Shown here piece by piece: positions 56,358 through 64,000 of a stretch of DNA of 64,000 nt. The stretch spans positions 1 through 64,000 of the forward strand of contig JALAGF010000798.1 of the NCBI GenBank assembly GCA_030167865.1. The letters are read 5' to 3'. The notes beneath the pieces were generated by a model. It made no database searches and was not told the origin of the DNA. It saw only the letters and a program-made list of their open reading frames with translations. The DNA comes from Craspedostauros australis. Its lineage: Eukaryota. Position 1 is the stretch's first letter; each line of letters starts with the position of its first letter. The position numbers were made by a program, and so were the translations under genes.

Positions 56358-57629
56358 ATGAGCCTGATGCAAGCCAAGCCGGATGTGGACAAAAGCAACA
56401 CCCAGCCCAGCGAACCTGATTACTGCCGCCTCGTGCGAAAGACTTGCCATGAATGGATGGCAGGGAAGGCCGCGTCCACGACTGGGGTTGTTGCAAATTC
56501 TTCCAATCCAGCGCAACTGCGACTGCAACAGCAGCAACCCGATTCCTGGCATGTCAACGTCCGCGTGAATGAGATGGCGATGGATGGTCTATGTGACGAG
56601 ATCGAGTTGAAGCACAAGAACAACCCGATTGAATGGGATGAAGAGGAATGGCATTACACGGGCGGCCAATACCGAAGCGGCACAGAAGCACAACGCAAGG
56701 AGCGCGTCGCCATGTACATCCTGGCGTTGGATGCCATCAATTTCTGCTTCTGGCCCAGCCGGGATGGTTCCACGCAGGTCAACAGCCTCGAGTACGATAC
56801 GCTCGCAGTTGCTCTCAGGAAGATGGCGGAACAAGACGACGATGACGGGCAGCACGATGGAAATGAAGGTGCCAGTTCCGGTATTGGCGCTGCTCGAACT
56901 ATCGAAGAGGACGATGCCTTGTATTCGAATGCAGACCGACAGCCCATCGGTATCTCGGAAGGATATGCACTATCTCCGCGATCTCTCTCCACCATGACAG
57001 TATTGCAGATGCAGCAGAAGTTGGCAGAACCCTATTTGCAAGGCTTCCATCTCCCCAACATACAAAAGCGCTGCGAGCTGTGGAATGAACTGGGCAGCGT
57101 TCTGCTGACCAAATTCAAAGGTTCACCAATGCGCATGATCCGCCAAGCCAACGGCAGCGCTCCGGCCTTGGTGAACATCATCACGAGCAACTTGCCTGGT
57201 TTCCAGGACTTTGCCCAAATCGATGACCTGCAAATCTGGTTCCTGAAACGTGCCCAGATCGTGGTTGGCGATCTCAACGCTGCACTGCAGCTCAATCTCA
57301 GCGAGATGCAGGCATTATCATGCTTCGCCGACTACCGCGTGCCTCAGATTTTGCGGATGCAAGGTGTGCTGCACTACTCCGAGCAACTAGCGGACGCTGT
57401 GGATCAGGAACGGGAGATTGCGGGAGGCTCTCGGGACGAGGTATCCATACGGGCCGCCACGGTTGTCGCTGTGGATAAGATCGTGGAGAAGGTGAATGGT
57501 CGGCGGGCAACGCACGAAGCTCCGATAACGGCCGTCGAGGTCGATTGGTACCTGTGGCAGGTAGGCGAGCGGTTGAATCAGGCTGGACGGCTGGCACCCT
57601 TCCACAGAGTCAGAACACACTTTTATTAG
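56358..57629 (+). CDS. QNG1: Queuosine 5'-phosphate N-glycosylase/hydrolase (queuosine salvage, DUF2419)
   Basis: YILALDAINFCFW, PGFQD, FLKRAQIVVGDL, FADYRVPQIL, EVSIRAATVVAV, VDWYLW, PFHRVRTHFY. Confidence 0.93.
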   Translation: MSLMQAKPDVDKSNTQPSEPDYCRLVRKTCHEWMAGKAASTTGVVANSSNPAQLRLQQQQPDSWHVNVRVNEMAMDGLCDEIELKHKNNPIEWDEEEWHYTGGQYRSGTEAQRKERVAMYILALDAINFCFWPSRDGSTQVNSLEYDTLAVALRKMAEQDDDDGQHDGNEGASSGIGAARTIEEDDALYSNADRQPIGISEGYALSPRSLSTMTVLQMQQKLAEPYLQGFHLPNIQKRCELWNELGSVLLTKFKGSPMRMIRQANGSAPALVNIITSNLPGFQDFAQIDDLQIWFLKRAQIVVGDLNAALQLNLSEMQALSCFADYRVPQILRMQGVLHYSEQLADAVDQEREIAGGSRDEVSIRAATVVAVDKIVEKVNGRRATHEAPITAVEVDWYLWQVGERLNQAGRLAPFHRVRTHFY

Positions 57630-58121
57630 AGTAAAGTTTGGGTGTGCAATCGGGGGCTGCAGGAGCAAGAGCATGGTGCGAATATGAAGAGGCCATGCAT
57701 GTGGACTTGGACTCTCGCAGCACTAATGCACTCATCGTCGTATTATATGTTTATATGTTCTCCTACCATACTCATACATACGTACTCTATCTGGTTGTGA
57801 AGTGCGATGACGAACAGGAGGGATGCGCCCAAAATCGAAACAACAGCGTGAAACAAGGTGCCACATACAGATAGTACGATTCGATCACTCTACTTCTGTG
57901 TGAAGAGTGGGGATGATGAAGGGAATTATGGATGGCGCAAGCTTGTAACATCACACAATGCTGCCAATGGATGCAGGCCAATATCGTTGAGTTGCGTTGC
58001 GCTCCATTGCGCAGTGTTGCAGTATGGGAACCCGTACTGACAGATCACAGCTTCGAGTAGATCGTGCGAGTCTGCTGTCGAAGAGCGCATGAATGCGTGG
58101 TTTGTCGTGATGGGAGTGAAA

Positions 58122-59054
58122 TCAAGACTCAGCCATCACGAGAGCGACGGAAAACTTGCCGCAGGCCACCATCTTGGATGCCGCTCCAAGCAGGCCCATC
58201 GATTTCTCAATCCTCAGCACGCCGCTCGATCCAAAGTCCAGCAGGCCTGGTCGCTTGCCAACGTCAACGCTGATGTCGCCGTACACCCATCCCGGTGGAA
58301 TGGAGTACGACGACGAAGTCTGCGTCGTCTTTTCGTCTTCGTTGGACCAGTAGATCTTTTGGATGCTGCCAGTTGTTTGCACGGTGCGCGTGTACCCCAG
58401 CACATCGATGCTGAAACGCAGCGACTTGCCATCGTCCGACAGCTTCCATTCGCCGACCTTTTTGCCCGAAGTGAATTCCGACGCCGAGGCCTGGCAATCT
58501 CCATTCTCCAGGAACTCCACCCGGAAGGTGGCCGTGGGTTGTTCGGGTACCGCCAATCCGGTCGCTTTGTCGCGTGACGAGATGTTGACCTTGTTGCCGT
58601 ACAGGTCGTTGCTGGGGTCCTTCGATGGCACGCCGGAAAGAAAGACGCTCGCGTCCACCGTGGTGCCAGCGATCATGGCAGGCGAAATCCCGTCGTTGCG
58701 TTGCGTCTGGCGCCATAGCTGCTGCGTCGCAGTCAATGTGGCCGCCTCATTCTCCAGGAACTCCTCGCCCGGTTTGTCGTACTGCGCCTCGCCCAAGTCT
58801 TTGGGGAGGTTGCGGTCGTTGGCGAATGCGCCATCGATCATGTCCTTGAAGAAGTTGTATCGCACAACGCGGCTGCGATGGACGTGGCGCAACGGCCTGG
58901 CGCATGTTGTCGATGGTCGCTGTTGTTGTTGCTGTTGCTGCTGCTGTTGTTGCAGGTGGAAACCGCTGACGGCAGAGAGCAGCCACAGCAATGCCAGTGG
59001 TCGGACAATACCCGACCATCCGCACATCGTTGTGGAGGCCTTCATCTGTGTCAT
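58122..59054 (-). CDS. Hypothetical protein, probably plastid-targeted
   Basis: Signal peptide ending VSG-F, polyQ/Arg-rich transit region, then NFFKDMIDGAFAND and a beta-rich body (GEWKLSDDGKSLRF). No family recognised. Confidence 0.7.
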   Translation of the reverse strand: MTQMKASTTMCGWSGIVRPLALLWLLSAVSGFHLQQQQQQQQQQQRPSTTCARPLRHVHRSRVVRYNFFKDMIDGAFANDRNLPKDLGEAQYDKPGEEFLENEAATLTATQQLWRQTQRNDGISPAMIAGTTVDASVFLSGVPSKDPSNDLYGNKVNISSRDKATGLAVPEQPTATFRVEFLENGDCQASASEFTSGKKVGEWKLSDDGKSLRFSIDVLGYTRTVQTTGSIQKIYWSNEDEKTTQTSSSYSIPPGWVYGDISVDVGKRPGLLDFGSSGVLRIEKSMGLLGAASKMVACGKFSVALVMAES

Positions 59055-60210
59055 TCGTCTTTTGCTTTTTTGTTTTAGCTTTCGTGTTGTGTCACACGAC
59101 CTCCAAGAGAGAGAGAGAGGGTCGCAGGGTGATCGATTGATCGATTGGTTGATCGGTCAGTCGATCCTTTGCTCTGACTGTGGCGTTCGTGCAAGAGCAT
59201 TTCCCACGGAGCAGGTCGGAGGCTGCAGAGTACGACCGACTTGCGCTGGTATCTTCGGTTGGATCGAGCCGCGAGACATCCGCAGGTGTTGGTGTTGGCG
59301 TTGACGTCATGTCCTTCATGGCGCAACCGATTTGGAACAGAACCACGTCGCGACGAATTGACACAGCAGAGCCGAGCGTCCACAAATCACATCTGTCGAG
59401 GTGCAGTCGGATGACGTCACCACGTTGCAGTTTTGTGAAGCCTGATCGGCCAGAAATTTCGAATCATGTGTTGGGATTCGAAACGGGACCGAACGGGGCA
59501 GTCCGCATCTCCACGAGTACTGCGACTGCGCACGTGGCGTCTGTTCTCGTCACAATGACACGAACAAAGAAGCGTGATGTCGTCGCCAAACAGAGAGAGC
59601 GAAAAAGGAGAAATGTGGACGTTGTGAAGCGGAATGACAAAGAGGAAAGAACAGTTTTTTTGCGCGCCTTTCCCAGTTCGTAATTTCCGCCGCGTCGATG
59701 CGATGGGGAGAATCAATCCGAGGCCCATGACACCGGCTGCGCATCCTGTTGGTCGTGCTGCGCTTTGTGCGCCACACAGTATCGTTCTGCATCCGCGTCG
59801 GTTCCACAACTGGAGAAGCCCCCGACACCTCCTCTGTTCCATGATACAACACGAACGAGCGCACTCCATTCCCTATCTTCTCGTCATCACCCCCGGGTCT
59901 CTCGCTGCCGCTCCCTTTCATGCCAATAGATCGAACGCACTCACCTCTTCCATAGTTGCGCCCATCCTTCCACCCTTGTGTCCCTCCATCACCAGATCCA
60001 GAGGATCCAACTGGTGTATCGCAGATCAGCAGCTTGCCTTCCGAGGCACAGACACAGAAGACGAGTGAAACCGAACGCATGTGAGCTATCATTCCTGTTG
60101 GACGTTACAAGTACCACACAACACAACAAAACACCACACCAAACCAAACCATATCGAATCAAAGCAAATCAAAGCAAAGCACCGTGTTGCAAACACATGT
60201 CGCGACCAAC

Positions 60211-62333
60211 ATGATTTCGACAACAGGGAGCACCAGCGATGTCAGCTGCAGCACTAGCTCAATCTCAATCAGCGGAGGCGATGGCGGCGGTAGTATATCA
60301 CCGAGTGCGTCCACCGTCACATCGACTGATCCTCCTACCGAGCGGACGATGCTGCTGGCACCGCACGCATCGCCAAGCGACCGCCCAAGCTACGCGAGCA
60401 CCGACAACGATGGCGATGGCCACAGCTGCAGCGACAGCCAGGGACATATATTCGCATCCATGCGGTCCTTCAAGGACATCGTGTACAGGAATGTGATGCA
60501 ACACACCGGAGAGATCGGCATGCTGGGTTCTGTGGCCATCGCAATCAACTCGCTCACGGGACCCGCGATGCTCCAACTCCCAGCCACCTTCCAAAGATCG
60601 GGCATCATCCCGACATTCCTTGCTCTGACCATCTCCTGCGCCTTGTCCGCCATGTGCTCTCTGCACACCGCGAACGTCATTTCCAAAGTTCCAGGCAACG
60701 CCAACTTCCAAAGAGAGGTGCGTCATTCGTCAACAAAACTGTGCGAAATACGCGAATGTACGCACGAGTCGAGTCAAGCCGAGATGTGAATGCTTGCTGC
60801 TGTTGCGGCTGCGGTTGCGGTTGCGGTTGCGGCCGCAGATGATGGATGATCAGAACACATTGTGTGATTGTATAATACCATCCTCACGTCCATCCCCAAT
60901 CTATTCCTTCTGCTCTACCTTCTTACCCCACGGTCCGCATATGTTCCCTCATGCCATCTCGCATCACATCACCGCTCCGATCCGATCCAATCCAAAGATC
61001 GAATACAGCGACGTCTTTGATGAGTTCCTTGGTAGGAGGTGGTTCTACTTCTCCCAAATCTTGTTCTTCTGCTGCATCACATGCCTCAACATCTCATCGC
61101 TCGTCGCCACCGCGCAAGTCGCGGACACCATGATGGGACATTGGTTCCCGGGAGGTTCTGCCGCCGTCACGCTGAACTTCGACCGTGGCCTCCCCCACGT
61201 GGGATGGATGCGCTGGGATTTCTCGGAGTGCATCAAAGACGGCGAATTAATCGAAGGATGCACCCCATTCGTGGAAGAGGAAGAAGCATTCCTTTTGACG
61301 GTGGGATACGTCTGCAGCGTCGCAGCTTTGCTGCCACTTGCGCTCATGGACCTCAAGGTGCGTGGTTGTGGGGATGTGGCGATGGAAGGCTCTGTCTGCA
61401 ATGCGTCCTGTAGGAGTGCATCGCGCGCTCCATCCTTTCCACACATTCGTCATCATCCTGTCCGTCAACTATTATGCGCTCTAACTCTGTTGCTCTTGCT
61501 ATTCTTGTTCCATGTTCCCATCGCATCACACTCAACGGCCACGACGATTACCACAACTCGTACCACAACAGGATAACTCGACAACACAAATCATAGGATT
61601 CATGATTCTCATTACGTGCTGCTGTCAGTTCGCCTCAACGTTCATCGCGAACGGCTTGGACACCTCCAACGTGTCCTGGTGGGGCACCAACTGGAATTCG
61701 CTCATGGGAGTTACCATCTTCAATTTTGCGCTCGTCCTTGCCATCCCGGCCTGGCTGTACGAGAAGAAGGAGGAAGTCGACGTTTCCAGAGTCATCAACG
61801 GATCGTCCATGATGTCAATGGCACTGTACGTCGTCGTTGGAGGGCTGGGGGCCCTGGCCGTGCCCAACGTCTCCGACAATATGTTGGAATCCATGATGTC
61901 CGGCGATCTCGGCAAGCTCACTCAGGTCACTTCGTGCGCGTTCGCCTTCTTCATCATCGGCCTGGGAGTGCCGCTCTTTAGCGTCCTCACAAGGCTCAGC
62001 CTCACCGGCGGCGCGCATTTCAGCACGCCTTCGGCCAACATCCTGGCGATCTATCTGCCCTTCGCGTCGTCATGGATGCTGTACAACGGCGAGGCCATCA
62101 CCAGACTGCTGTCCTGGGGTGGGGTGATCTGCACGAGCCTGGTCGTTTTCATTCTCCCCCTCATCATCGCGTTGTACGCACTGCTCACGAACGAACGGGC
62201 AGGGTCGATAGACATCTACAGTGGGATATGGGAGAACCGATCCAAGGAGGAAGAGAAGAAATTCTTGGCGTTGCTGCTCGCAACATCCTTCGTTTTGATA
62301 TGCATCGCCATTGTCGGCAACATCTTGAGTTGA
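60211..62333 (+). CDS. Amino acid transporter (Aa_trans/APC superfamily); exons 60211..60717, 60998..61357, 61572..62333
   Basis: SVAIAINSLTGPAMLQLPATFQRSGII, IEYSDVF, IFNFALVLAIPAWLYEK and many TM segments. Both introns have gtgcgt donors and AG acceptors in phase 0 (1629 nt). Confidence 0.9.
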
Positions 62334-62932
62334 CGAGGCCAAATCTTGTATTGTACGAGTATGGTAGCACAGTAGCACGGCAGGATGGCTCCGATACGGG
62401 TACGCGAAGAGGAGGGACAGCGCTCAAGGTGCTCCAATGCACCATATGTACGAGTACGATGACGTGCGAGGTGGTGTGGTGTGGTGTCATGAAGCAGGCG
62501 CACATGCTATTGGTAGATACATTAAATTTGACTCAATAGATAGGCTACGATACATTTTTGGAATCGAAACCATCTGTGATATTATATTATATGATTCCCC
62601 CAGAGTATGCATACGAGTGCTGACACGCAGGAGGGTGTGACCTTCCTGCGATTCTGGCGTGTCCGAACTGCATACGAGTAGGGCATCTCCAGTACGGAAC
62701 ATGATCTCGCGTTGGAGTAAAACGCCGCGATGGTTGATTGATTGCTCCGACGGCCGTCCCTCAATCGTGTCAATCGTTGTGTTGCTTCGCTGTTGCCAGT
62801 TTGGGGACTCATTTCACCAACAAGCGATGGTGGATGATGTACTTGTACAGTGCAAGTAGGAGCGGTCCTTTATTCCTTTAATGGCACGGCATCGTACCAG
62901 TACGTGTATTGGTAGGGGCATTCGCTCCATCT

Positions 62933-64000
62933 TCACCTTCTCTCCTCTGCAACAAATGGGCGGTTGAATTGTTTTTCGATGTTTTCCAATCGACGGCTCA
63001 GGCCGCTGATGTGCTCGGAGGTATGGCTGGCGATCTGCTTCGCGAGCGCAATATCCCCCGCCTTGGCGTTGGCAACCGCCACACGGTACAAAGTGCGATT
63101 GTCCACGAGGCCGTCATTCTCCAACGTCCCCATGACGACCTTGGTCGCCGTTTCTACCTCTCCTAACTCACACAGCAGCGTCACGTACTCCAGAACGATA
63201 CGGCGCGACGGAGCGATACCGTGCGCATCCATGTCCAGCAGTATGGTATCGACTGACTCCAACATCTGCGGAAACCAATCCCCGTGGTCGTGGCGCCCTT
63301 GGTCGGCAAGAATGTGTTTCTGCTGTCTCACATGCTTGCCCAATGCCTCGATCATGAACGAGAACGTATCATCGTTTGGCTTCAGTCCATGGCGAGTGAT
63401 TTCATGAAACGCCCGTTGTGATCGTTGGACATCGCCACGTTCTGCGCACGCCGAGATTACCGCGTTGACGGTATGAATGGTGACGGGGTTGTCCTCTCCA
63501 TCATCGCTGTTCTGGAGTAACCGGAGACCGACATCTACCACTGCAACGTTGGACCGAATTGCGCGCGAGATACTGCGCAAGAGCGCCCGCGGGACCTGGA
63601 ATCCATCGAGCTGCATCGCCGCCAAGGCTGAGAAGGCCATGTCCAGACCTCTCCCTTTGCAGTTGGCGAACGCGATGACCGTATTCTCGTAGATGGTTTC
63701 GTTTGGACGGCATTCAAATTCATCCATGACCTGCCAGATGAGCTCAATGAGGTCGGCGTCGCCCTTGGTGGCGGCGCTTGCGGACATCGTTTCCAGCATC
63801 CCCACATCGATCTTGAGCGGGTGTTCGCTGGATCTTTGAGAAAGCTGCATGGACTGCGGAACTCCTGCCGTTTCTAACCTCTTCAGATCGATGAGTGCCT
63901 GCAGCGCGATGGAAAGCTTGTCAGTGTGGTGGAATGGGAACATGTCGCCGATGGCCTTGACAACGATCGGTGGATACGGCAAGTAGCCCGAGTCCGCCAA
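62933..64000 (-). CDS. Pentatricopeptide repeat protein, C-terminal part (5' end outside window)
   Basis: PPR-like units PNETIYENTVIAFA, IHTVNAVISACAERGDVQRSQRAFHEITRHGLKPNDDTFSFMIEALGK, DMDAHGIAPS. Confidence 0.82.
   Translation of the reverse strand: MADSGYLPYPPIVVKAIGDMFPFHHTDKLSIALQALIDLKRLETAGVPQSMQLSQRSSEHPLKIDVGMLETMSASAATKGDADLIELIWQVMDEFECRPNETIYENTVIAFANCKGRGLDMAFSALAAMQLDGFQVPRALLRSISRAIRSNVAVVDVGLRLLQNSDDGEDNPVTIHTVNAVISACAERGDVQRSQRAFHEITRHGLKPNDDTFSFMIEALGKHVRQQKHILADQGRHDHGDWFPQMLESVDTILLDMDAHGIAPSRRIVLEYVTLLCELGEVETATKVVMGTLENDGLVDNRTLYRVAVANAKAGDIALAKQIASHTSEHISGLSRRLENIEKQFNRPFVAEERR

Overview
Eukaryotic nuclear DNA, most likely from a diatom. Evidence: bipartite signal+transit plastid-targeting peptides, a bZIP-PAS factor, tandem HSFs, an RxL-rich secreted protein, GT-AG introns of about 200-770 bp and many microsatellites. 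About 21 protein-coding genes are supported, several only after splicing by hand: bZIP-PAS/LOV-like factor, riboflavin kinase, AlkB-like dioxygenase, a methyltransferase-like/homeodomain/OB-fold fusion, CtpA, a PEPCK-N-like mitochondrial protein, a secreted Cys-rich RxL protein, a GT92, two HSFs, an FSH1-RWD-OBG(Ygr210-like) GTPase fusion, ubiquilin, eRF3, a Mic19-like CHCH protein, a CDK12/CDKC-like kinase, a CinA-like/nucleotidyltransferase fusion, eIF2-gamma, the queuosine salvage hydrolase QNG1, a plastid hypothetical protein, an amino-acid transporter and a partial PPR protein. The window starts inside what looks like the 5' LTR, PBS and gag start of an LTR retrotransposon. A roughly 5 kb ORF-poor, apparently decayed tract lies at 19.3-24.5 kb. 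The most unusual items are the two multidomain fusions (33405-37136 and 9449-11485). All calls come from motif recognition by eye; no database searches were run.
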